Assembly: GCA_026025075.1 (NCBI GenBank)
Contig: JAPEUI010000051.1
Location: forward strand, 1 to 64,000
Length of the DNA: 64,000 nt
Direction of reading: 5' to 3'
Origin: Vezdaea acicularis
Lineage: Eukaryota
Part shown: positions 38,028 to 47,904 of the stretch, in pieces
Position numbering within the stretch: position 1 is the stretch's first letter
Layout: each line of letters starts with the position of its first letter
Notes under the pieces: model-generated
What the model was told of the DNA's origin: nothing
Databases searched by the model: none
What the model saw: the letters and a program-made list of their open reading frames with translations, nothing else
Program-made: the position numbers and the translations under genes

Positions 38028-38117
38028 GTCGCGTTCAGTTGGAAGATAGTTGTTCCGAATCATGCGAAACCATAGGGCCTGAAAGATATTTCCAGTCAGT
38101 TTCCCCAAGTTTTGGCC

Positions 38118-40355
38118 ATGACTTCCCGAATTGCACGAAAATGTAGCGCGTGCCATTCGAGGGTCATCGAGGATTTCCTCTCTCTCTTGGGAACAAACTC
38201 TCCAGGACCTCAAATCTTTAAATCACAGTCAAGTTTACTGAAAAGGCAGCATTCGGGTATGGTGATCTACCCTAGAACTCAATTCTCTGCGGTGACAACA
38301 CATCAGAACGACCACAGGCTGCAAGCAACTAACGACAAGCTTGGAAGACCAGAAGCGTCTTCAAATCAGCGCCTTGGGGGCTTTGACGATAAGCCTCCCG
38401 AACAAATCGAGCCAACCCCTTGGTATCTTCAGGTCGAGACCCCCAAGCGACATCTGCAATCATTAGGCGATCATCAGATTCTACCTGAACTCCCGGAAGA
38501 CTCTCCACCTCTGTTGGAACCTCTGCTGGAACAAGTCTCAAGCGAATTGGGAATGGACGACATTGCGCTTCTGGATCTTCGTAATCTCGATCCCCCACCT
38601 GCCCTCGGGGCAAACCTTGTCATGCTTCTTGCAACTGCACGAAGTGAAAAGCATCTGCATGTGTCTGCTGATCGCCTATGCCGGTGGCTGCGAAGTTCTT
38701 ACAACCTCAAACCATTTGCAGATGGCCTACTCGGAAGAAACGAGCTAAAATTGAAAATGCGAAGAAAGGCACGCAGAGCAAAGCTATTTAGCAATGTAGG
38801 GGTCAATGAACCCGAACCCGAAGATGACGGCATTAGAACAGGGTGGGTCTGCGTCAACATAGGCCCAGTCAAGGCTGCAAGTCCCTTGCGAAGTGGTCCC
38901 ATAGACCCTCCAATCGTCGGATTTGGAGGTGCCATTGGTCAAGTGCGAATCGTTATCCAGCTGCTTACGGAGAAAAAGCGAGAAGAAATGGACCTGGAAG
39001 GCTTGTGGGGCGCATTGAGTGAGAGAGATAAGGACTATGGAGAGGCAAGCTCTGCCACTCATGCCCCTGAGTCGCAAGCTGATAGCGACCGGTCGAGCGG
39101 TGTCGATAACTATACTCAAGAACGCGTGTCAACTCTTAAATTGAATGCTCATGGAAGAATGGGACAAGTGAGAAGATTTCACGGAACTAGTCGAATCTCT
39201 CTCAACCAAGAGGTTGTTTACCACCCTCCAAGAGCGACAAGAAATGGATCCAAATCCTGGGGGGAAACTTATGGAGATCTGATGGGCTCTCCTGGTCTTC
39301 TCAAACAGGAAGCCGACTCAACTTTATGGCCAAATTTAAAAATGTCAATTTCAGACAACCTGCAATCAGCAAGATTCCACTCCTTCTTGGAAACCTTACG
39401 ATGTTTGCCGATGAAAAACAGAGATAAAGCCTCGCTAGTCGCCAGTTTACTTAAAGAGGAAGAGGTCAAACCTGGATTGCATCCTCTTTTTCTGACCTTG
39501 TTACAAGTCCATACACGATTTCCTGATAACGAGCAATGGCGAGCCAGATTTCGATGGCTATGCCGGGTCGTGGAGGTAGCAAATATCAAACGGTTAGGTG
39601 CTATATCACCCAATCATTTGCGATCTCTCGAGACATTTCAGAGCCTAGGTCCTGAAAGATCGTTCTCAACTATTTTATATAGCGGATTGGGATTAACGGA
39701 TAACGTCCCAGGCACATCGGACTCTTTGATCCAGGAAGAAATGCTTGACAATGACAAAAATATCGTCCTTGCTGTACTGGAGACAATGAGCTACCAGCTT
39801 CCGGAAATAATGAACGAAGAGACTTTCTTTTATCTCCTGAAAGCGATCGTACCCTCACTTGCGTCTCGCGCTACAGCATATCAGAATCCAATAGCTTCTT
39901 ACTTCAAAGTCTCGAACTCTCCGGAAGTGCCAATTCTAATGGAGATCTCTGACCTCATGGAGATGTTTGGGGTCTCTTTCCAACATGAACACATGCTTGC
40001 TCAAGTTCTGCAGCTTTACGCCAACCAAGGATTATGGGGTACTTTTTGGGACGCTTGGAATACGGTAGCGCGGGAAAGGCGCGCTCGTTCGACCACTCTA
40101 TATGAAGTTATGTATGAAAGCTTGGCGAATACAAAACATCAGTCAGCTTGCTGTGAAGCTTTGAGAATTTGGTTCCCAGAAATGGGCAATGAAGGGCCAC
40201 CCGTGGTCCTGGAAGGAAGATTGCTGAATGCGATCAGGAGTTGTGTTTTGATTGCCGATCCCGATGTGGAGCACAAGTTGAAGGACGATCATCTTGCAAG
40301 GGGGGAATGGACTGGGGTGTGGAGGATATGTGAGAAAGCTGATTGCCGCCCATAA
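38118..40355 (+). CDS. ATP25: Mitochondrial ATPase synthesis protein Atp25
   Basis: PWYLQV, LLDLRNLDPPPALGANLVML..TARSEKHLHVSADRLCRWLR, ADGLLGRNELKLKMRRKARR, DDGIRTGWVCVNIG, REEMDLEGLW. Confidence 0.88.
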   Translation: MTSRIARKCSACHSRVIEDFLSLLGTNSPGPQIFKSQSSLLKRQHSGMVIYPRTQFSAVTTHQNDHRLQATNDKLGRPEASSNQRLGGFDDKPPEQIEPTPWYLQVETPKRHLQSLGDHQILPELPEDSPPLLEPLLEQVSSELGMDDIALLDLRNLDPPPALGANLVMLLATARSEKHLHVSADRLCRWLRSSYNLKPFADGLLGRNELKLKMRRKARRAKLFSNVGVNEPEPEDDGIRTGWVCVNIGPVKAASPLRSGPIDPPIVGFGGAIGQVRIVIQLLTEKKREEMDLEGLWGALSERDKDYGEASSATHAPESQADSDRSSGVDNYTQERVSTLKLNAHGRMGQVRRFHGTSRISLNQEVVYHPPRATRNGSKSWGETYGDLMGSPGLLKQEADSTLWPNLKMSISDNLQSARFHSFLETLRCLPMKNRDKASLVASLLKEEEVKPGLHPLFLTLLQVHTRFPDNEQWRARFRWLCRVVEVANIKRLGAISPNHLRSLETFQSLGPERSFSTILYSGLGLTDNVPGTSDSLIQEEMLDNDKNIVLAVLETMSYQLPEIMNEETFFYLLKAIVPSLASRATAYQNPIASYFKVSNSPEVPILMEISDLMEMFGVSFQHEHMLAQVLQLYANQGLWGTFWDAWNTVARERRARSTTLYEVMYESLANTKHQSACCEALRIWFPEMGNEGPPVVLEGRLLNAIRSCVLIADPDVEHKLKDDHLARGEWTGVWRICEKADCRP

Positions 40356-40942
40356 GGATACATCGCAAGCCTATGTATTGCAGAGGAAGTTCAAGAAAGT
40401 CCACGGCAACCTTGACTGGAGTATTCATGTCTAATTCCAAACATGGCCCGTATATGCATGAAAAATAATTACTCATCCCGGTCTTCAGTACAACAAGACA
40501 TCTTTGATGCACCCAGGCGAAAGCTGAATAAATCGAAAACCAAGTCCAACTGTGCGTTGTGTGAGGGTCAGAACCATGCAACAGTTTGCGTAAGTCCTAC
40601 GCTGCCAAACCTTTTAGTACCGTGCCACGAAGCTTTAATATTGAATGACAAGAGCCGTATATTTAGGCTTCCTGAAATCTGCACGTGTGATCCAAATGTC
40701 TAGTCCGATTGTGGCTTGAGCGTGCCTGACGATTCTAGAGATCGGGGCCTAAACAATGATATCCCTGTCTGTATCTCAGCATTACGTCACTGTTCGCGAA
40801 AGAATGGCATATGCGAATGGCGCACGACGTAATATCTCCTAATTCAATTACTTTCTTACCAGGTTGCACGATTGTCCCAATCGTCAGTCCTTCGATCTAT
40901 TTCAATATCTACTCCGGAAGAAAGCACACAGTAAGGTCCACT

Positions 40943-41412
40943 ATGGCAGCATCAAATACTTCCAAAGCCACGTCCTTCGAGAGCGCCAATCCCTTCGCCA
41001 GCTCCAAAGGCGACCATGCAAACAGCGGGCCGTCCGCAGGGAATGCTGAACGCTACCACGAAGGAAAGCCCAATAGTCATGGACCACTCGACTCTAGTAA
41101 GTGCTATAATATGCCACCAATTGAGGATGCTAATGCCCTTGTAGAGGACCAGCGATCTATCGCTAATAGACTTGCAAATGAAGAAGTAAGAACATTTCCA
41201 GCAATTCCTTCTGCTATGAAAAATGGGCAACCATGCTGACGCGTTCGTAGCAAGGAGGAAAAGAAGAGGATGATTTTGAGACTAAGGCATTCAAGAAAGA
41301 CCCGACACTACCAGCGCAGCTGCATGGGAACGAGCCGAGCAAGGGTGCCAAGATAGACAAAGAACTACAGGAAGAGGAAGAAGAGGAGTTGAGGAAGAAA
41401 GGAAAAGCTTAA
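40943..41412 (+). CDS. Small hydrophilic fungal protein (118 aa); join(40943..41096,41145..41185,41251..41412)
   Basis: Two canonical introns give ...RYHEGKPNSH..DSKDQRSIANRLANE...KKDPTLPAQLHGNEPSKGAKIDKELQEEEEEELRKKGKA*. Highly charged, no hydrophobic segment. Confidence 0.82.
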
Positions 41413-42218
41413 ATGCTGAAAGAGGATGGCGCAACAAGGTCTATAGGAATGGATGTAGCGCACCAATGTACGATAGCATCCGGAGGCATAAAAGAGCATT
41501 ATAGAAACCGATGAAGTCCATTTGAGGAAACTTGCCTAGTAATAGTTGACAAATGAGAAATTCCCGAGTATAAAACCTTTGAAAACACAGACGCTATAGT
41601 AGAGACCAGACCTGTTGGAGTCCGGTGAGCTAGCTCTGGCGAAGATCAAGAAGAACATAGCGTTATCAGATACAGGATCTAGAAAGATCCTCAATTTTTG
41701 GTGCTGTGCACCAAGACTCCTCAGGGCAGCATGAGAACTCGTTCACAAGGAGCACCTTGACTTATATGGCCGTCCAGTTCTCTACAACACTCACCCGAGG
41801 AGCAGGTCCTACCATTCGGATGATGCCTTGCCAAGTAGACATGGCCAGATAGCAGGAACCTCCTCAATGGACGAACTCTCCTTATTCCATGGTGCTCAAA
41901 TAGCTTCCCTTGGTGCAATTTATCGTTAACCGTCAGTAGTGTGATTACTGCCAATTTTCTGTAATTATGAAGGCAGTGAGATGGGGAACAAAGCTGCAGT
42001 GTCCCATAGATAATGAGTGAAAGAGGCTTAAGTATGCCATTCCTAGCGACTATCTCTGTGTATGCAGACTAATAGTAGATTTGATATTTATATAAAACGA
42101 AGCCTTTGTTTCGATGGTCGCATTACGCTGCTGCTTAGTCATGACGGTGAACCAATCGCGAGATGCGGACGAAGAGTTAATCTAAGGACAGAATCCTCCT
42201 TGACATGAAACCACAGTA

Positions 42219-42705
42219 ATGATACCTACAAGAGCGCTCTGGGCGCGCTCAGTATGGAAAGGTATGTTCTCCGTTTATCATTCTCTTTGAAAACGAAAGT
42301 TGGCTAACAAACTTGCTTTTCAAGGGCCTCACATTGTCCCGTAAATCTCACCTTCCGCCCTCGCAAGTGTAACTCCCTGACTTGAAACTAAACTCACCCC
42401 TCTACTATAAACAGACTGCCGATTGTGCGCCCTGCACCTGGACAACGCCTTATACCGATCAAGACTAAAGCACGTGCTGCAACGATCTTGCCGAACTTTG
42501 TGGGGCTGAAATTCCAGGTGTACAATGGGAAGATATACCATGATGTGACAATCGTAGAGGACATGGTGGGGCACAAATTAGGGGAATTCTCACCGTAAGT
42601 ATCCTCTCTTCACAATAGGTTAGTGAGCAGGAGGAACAAAACTAATATATTTGAGGATGTAGGACGAGAAAGCGGTTCACATATAAGATGAGCAAGAATA
42701 AATGA
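42219..42705 (+). CDS. RSM19: Mitochondrial ribosomal protein S19 (uS19m; 3 introns)
   Basis: [22 protein letters not shown]...[50 protein letters not shown]. Confidence 0.93.
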
Positions 42706-42969
42706 ATAAGGAAAGATCGGTCTAAGGAGCGGCCAGCATCACACGGCGTTTGCATTATAGGAATCTGGATCTTAGCTACTGCCATGTACAGTTTACATTG
42801 AAGCATAAGACATGAGCATTAGAGTGATTAATCCAAAATAAAATTCCCATCGCGCCTTTGCAATGCAGTCTAAGTTCAAACCTGAAGCTCAACAAAAGCC
42901 ATCTCCAAGAGCCGTAAACGCCTCAATTCCTTTCTATGAAATGTTTGTCATTCACCCACCACCAAGAGC

Positions 42970-43734
42970 TCAGCGGTAGAATTCTCCTCTTTTAACATTG
43001 ACTCCATACTCTCCAACAGCCATGCCCAAATCCTCCATCGTTAGCACAGTCCTTCCCTGCCCCTGGCCACCTTGACCTCCGCCACCAAAGCCTGGTCTCT
43101 GCACTCCTAACACGCCTCCTTTCCCCGCTTGGTCCTTGCCTGCAGCACCCGCTCCAGCTCCAGCAGCCCCAGGCTGTCCCGCAATTGGAAAGCCAGTAGC
43201 AGCGCCAAGTGCACCCATCGGGTTATTGGAGGCTGTGTTCGACGACCGAATGCGAGAATACTGATACGCATCAGCCGCGATATCGGCTATGAACTTCTGG
43301 GTTGCGAGAGCAAGCAAGCGTGCAAGTTGCGTAGAGGTCTGTGGTGGGGGTGGAAGTCCGGCTTTGGTGAGATAATAGTTGGTCACCGCGTCAGGGATCT
43401 ACTCTAGTCATGAGCATAGAGCAAATAAATCAAGCTAACAAAGGTGCCTTACGATTGGAGCATAGTCATCCATCTTGCCTAAGAACTCGCGCAGACTGGT
43501 GTCCTTCTTTGTAGGAAGACGGATATCTTGTGCTGGGCCGACCGGATCCAAATCAATCACCGTCGCATTAGGATCTTTTGGGGTTGACGGCTTTTCTGCG
43601 TTCTGGTTGGAGACGTCCATTTCGATATCTGCGTCGATAGATGCGTCGAGATCTTCGTCCGGCTCGGATTTGAGTTCGACTTTGGGGTGAGGGTCGGAGG
43701 AGGAGGTGGTGGGGGGGGTGTTTGATGTCGCCAT
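42970..43734 (-). CDS. TAF10: TFIID/SAGA subunit Taf10 (1 intron)
   Basis: [70 protein letters not shown]. Confidence 0.95.
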
Positions 43735-44027
43735 GGCGCAAAGCTGAATAAAGGAACAAAGACACAAGGACGTTTTCACAACCGAAAGGGAAACTTGTTT
43801 AAATTACAGTTTATGTGCATAAGCCAATGCTGGTGGCTCTCATACCCCTGATGCAATGTATGATGGAGGTGGATGAAGGTCGTTCATCGCATATGGGGGG
43901 TTATGTTAACAGAGGGCTTGTGTTGGATTTCCGTTCAACCTCGCGAGTGGTAAGAAAGTAGTGCACGGCTTTTTCCTACCCCATGCTCCGAGACGACAAT
44001 ACATTGATTGTCCCTGGCCAATCCGTC

Positions 44028-45233
44028 ATGCGGCCATTTATCAGGCCTCTGAAGTCCTTGAAAACTTTCAATTCACTACTTGGGCCTCGTAACCAGACAA
44101 CAGCTCGTAGGAAGGTACTGCTGTCAGCTTCAACGTCTCGCCCTTCGATATGCCTAGGATGCCGTATTAACACCCAGCTCCGACGGTATGCCGACGATCG
44201 GAGACCAGCAACCTCTGCAGGTACAAAGGCACCACCCTCTCCAACACAAGATGTACCCACGGTATCTAGCACTACAGATGACTCTTTACCATCGCAGGAT
44301 GACCTCCCTTCCGTGGCCGAGCATCGCCGCCTCCGCATGTCCAAACGTTTCACGCACATAATGGACAATCTGCAGACGTCCCTCTTCACCGCCTCACAAC
44401 AGATAAATGACCTAACGGGCTACTCCTCAATCGAAACCCTGAAAAATCAGATTGCTCGACTAGAAAGCCAAGTACGACTCTCGCGCCAGGATTTACACGC
44501 CGCTCGCCAGACCTACAGCGAAGCCATCAATACTCGCTCTGCGTCTCAACGCGAGGTCAACGAGCTGCTGCAGCGCAAGAACGCCTGGTCTCCAGGGGAT
44601 CTAGAGAGGTTCACGTCGCTCTATCGGAGTGATCATGCGAACGAGCAGGCAGAGCAAGCAGCGCAGGAAGCCCTGGCAATTGCGGAGCGGAAGGCGGAGG
44701 AGGTCGGCGCGCAGCTGAGCAAGAACATACTTGCACGCTACCACGAAGAGCAGATTTGGAGCGACAAGATCCGGCGGATGAGCACGTGGGGAACTTGGGG
44801 CCTGATGGGCGTTAACGTACTACTTTTCCTAGTCTTCCAAGTATTGGTGGAGCCATGGAGGAGGGAGAGGCTGGTGGGCGGCTTTGAGGAGAAGGTCAAG
44901 AGGGTTATGAGTGAGGGGAGGGAGTCGCCAGAGAGGGGGGAGGCATTGGAGGCGCTGAAGAGGGTGGAGGAGAAACTGGAGGAGCTGCCGGGTAAGAAGG
45001 TCGATTATTCGGAGCCGCATGAGCATCTAGATATTGCGCCGTTGTTGGTCAAGATGCATGAGAGCGATAGCTACACACTGCTGGAGTACTACAAAGTTTA
45101 TTTCAGGGACTTGTTTAGCTCGCGGAAGGTTGTCACACGGAAGGTGGACGTGACGGCTGCGGCGTTAGAGGGGTTACTGGCAGGAGGAACATTGGTAGGC
45201 CTTTTAGCTGTTTACCTCGTTAGAAGAGGCTGA
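44028..45233 (+). CDS. SHE9: Mitochondrial inner-membrane morphology protein She9/Mdm33
   Basis: [81 protein letters not shown]. The start could be 43983 or 44028. Confidence 0.92.
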   Translation: MRPFIRPLKSLKTFNSLLGPRNQTTARRKVLLSASTSRPSICLGCRINTQLRRYADDRRPATSAGTKAPPSPTQDVPTVSSTTDDSLPSQDDLPSVAEHRRLRMSKRFTHIMDNLQTSLFTASQQINDLTGYSSIETLKNQIARLESQVRLSRQDLHAARQTYSEAINTRSASQREVNELLQRKNAWSPGDLERFTSLYRSDHANEQAEQAAQEALAIAERKAEEVGAQLSKNILARYHEEQIWSDKIRRMSTWGTWGLMGVNVLLFLVFQVLVEPWRRERLVGGFEEKVKRVMSEGRESPERGEALEALKRVEEKLEELPGKKVDYSEPHEHLDIAPLLVKMHESDSYTLLEYYKVYFRDLFSSRKVVTRKVDVTAAALEGLLAGGTLVGLLAVYLVRRG

Positions 45234-45612
45234 TTGTATTTTATTGTATATGTTGGGTAGCATGGACATGCTCTCACAGAATAAGAGCATTGACTGGTTT
45301 TTATCATAGATAGTAAGAGGTAGCAGGAGATTCAAGTATGAGCCGCAACTTGCAGCTTTGACCCTGCTATCATTATCTATATTACAAGAGGTAGGAGAAA
45401 GCCCTCTTATGTACAGAACACCGTCATGCTTTCCGCCTAACTCCCGTTAAAGCCCTACAGTGTAGACCGCTCCTGGTGAGCGCTCTACACAAAGTAGCAT
45501 ACCAGTAGTGATGACTAATACTTTTAGTAGTTGCCAAAGAATTTGGACCATATAGTGGGTGCCCTGATCGGATGTAAAAGACGTTAGGTCTTGAGTTTTG
45601 AGACTGCTACAC

Positions 45613-46982
45613 CTAGTTCTGTTGAGATTCATACCCCTCAGGTTTCTTCAATCCCATCACTTCGAAATATCTTGAAGTACCTTGACAACAGATATCTATC
45701 AGCAACCCGAATTATGAATTAGGTGGGCTATCAAGACTTACAAGAATAACCCTGCCAGTCGAAGTTTTCTCGCGGGTTGCAGTGACATTTCTGTTCCAGG
45801 CGCTCTGTCTCGGAAGTGGGGCAATGCGTGAAGGGGACATGATAGTAAGCGATGTCGTTAAAGAAGTGGATTTCATCTCTTTGAAGGGTGAGAGCGGCTG
45901 CAATTGAGTGGACTGGAGCGTCACCCCATCGTTCATAGAAGAAACCACCGTCCTGGTCGAGGGTATTGAAGTAGTCGAGATAAGCTGGAGACCGTAGCCA
46001 ATTAAGGTTGCCGATCTCAAAGTTAGACCACTGTTTGAACTAGTTAGCGAATACTAAACAGGTGAAGGGTCTTCGGGATTGCATACGAAATGACAATGAT
46101 TGTAGTTCTCGCCACCGTCATCGCTGACAAAGGCCTGTAGATTATCCTTGGCGATATGCTCGGGATGGTTCTTCATGAACTTTTTGGCACTATCCCACAA
46201 CGTAGGAATGGTCTCAACATATTCGTAGAGACTAATGACAAAGCTGTACTTCTTGTCGTTGTCGGCCATGAACTTGAAGGTGTCGTATTGAATATCGCAA
46301 TAGAGCTCGATGCTTGGCTCAACACGCCAGTACCATTCGTAATTGAGCATCAGAGGGTGTCGGAAGAAAAAGCCCGACTCATATCGGCACATATGGCGAT
46401 AGCTGATTGAATCTCCGTAAATGATCTTCTTCTCTTTCATTTCTTCCCGGACCCTTGCAGCCTTGTCCTGGTCAATGAAATCTGGGAATGACCAATGCTC
46501 CTTGGGAATAACTCCATAATGAGTGGTGCCAGAGATGAGCGAGGTAGTAACTTTTTTGAATGTTTCATCAAACTCTTGGTCATTGAGGAACACCCAGTCG
46601 TAGTTGAACTTCCTATTGAAACGATCCTCGACCTGACGGATTGACTTGGAAATCTCCCACAGATCGCTATTCCGGGCGAGTGTGACAAATGTAGCATTCA
46701 TTCGTGGGCCTGGGTCTTTCCCGGGGGCTAAAGTGTTTGGAGCTTTCGGAGTTGTGCCATCGGTGGCCTTAGGGCTCTGACTTGAGCCCAACCCTCCGGT
46801 TACGCCTCCTGGTCTAGGCAAATATGGTCGAGGTAATGAGGATGAGGATATGAAGTACAGGACCGCGAGACCCTAAAGCATGTAAGCTAAGAAATGGTAG
46901 GTACCAATGGAAAGACCAGATTGGCACTTACGAAAAACGCAAAGAGAATATATCGCAGATATCTAGCTGTTCCCGTCGCCAT
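45613..46982 (-). CDS. KRE2: Alpha-1,2-mannosyltransferase, GT15 (Kre2/Ktr1/Mnt1 type; 3 introns)
   Basis: N-terminal TM anchor; [70 protein letters not shown]. Confidence 0.9.
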
Positions 46983-47904
46983 TTTGAGAGCACGGCCGGC
47001 GTGTCCTGGATGTTGTGAATCCTTCTGTTATAACAGCGTCTAAGTAGGACACTGCGGCTGATTTTCAGGTGCGAAGGGGTACGAGCCTGAACCAAGCACA
47101 ATTTACTCGTCTTGTCGAGGTCTGAGGAATTAATTTCCAAGAAAGATTCAAATCAGAGGAAAGCCGTGGCTGGACTGATACGCCAGATCTGTAAGTGCGG
47201 CGACACTATTTCAGAACCGTGGCGGCCGCGTGAAAGACTTGGCAAAGTGATCTAAGGAATGCGTACGTGGCTCCGTGCAACGAAACTTGAATATGCTGCT
47301 CCCAGTCTTGGGGCGACAATCTCAAGTGAATGAGCGAACGACGAATGAAGGACGGAGTATATGAAGATGTCGTGACTGCCGTCGTCGTCGAACTGTAAAA
47401 AGAAAAGGGATGGAAGTCTTCAGGGCCAGCTCAGGTCGCGGGCCAGGGGATGCTCCTAAGTTTAGTCAGTATCCGTACAGTAGCGGCGTTGCGGAGTGCT
47501 AGCCTTTGATTGGTTCGATTAAGGCTAGTCAAGTTCCTGATGCCAGCAATTCGGAGCGACGTGGAAAAGTGGTGTACATCATGAGCCTCTCTTCCTGCGT
47601 AGTCGATTAATAAAGAATCAGCGCTCGACGCACCAGCCTGGAGCTGCTGTGTTTTAGTCTTCATTAACTACTTCTGTTTCGTTTCGCGTATCTGCGCAGT
47701 CCAGCTTGCGCGCTAGTGCTGTCTACGGTTCATCTGTTCCAACCCTAAAGCTTTAACATCTGTCCGTCCTTTCGACCTAATATAACGCTCTTTCTATTGA
47801 ACCTCCCAGGTTGCTCTCGCTCTCGATTAATTTCCTTCAATCCAGAGCTATCTTTCAGGCTCCCTCGAATTCATGAACTGTCACTCGAGCCGAGTGTCGT
47901 AATA

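Noticed and set aside
47505..47530. tRNA T-arm-like GGTTCGA (also at about 6964 and 10279)
   Set aside because: No cloverleaf or A box can be built. The other two copies lie inside coding exons. No tRNA or rRNA gene was found in the window.
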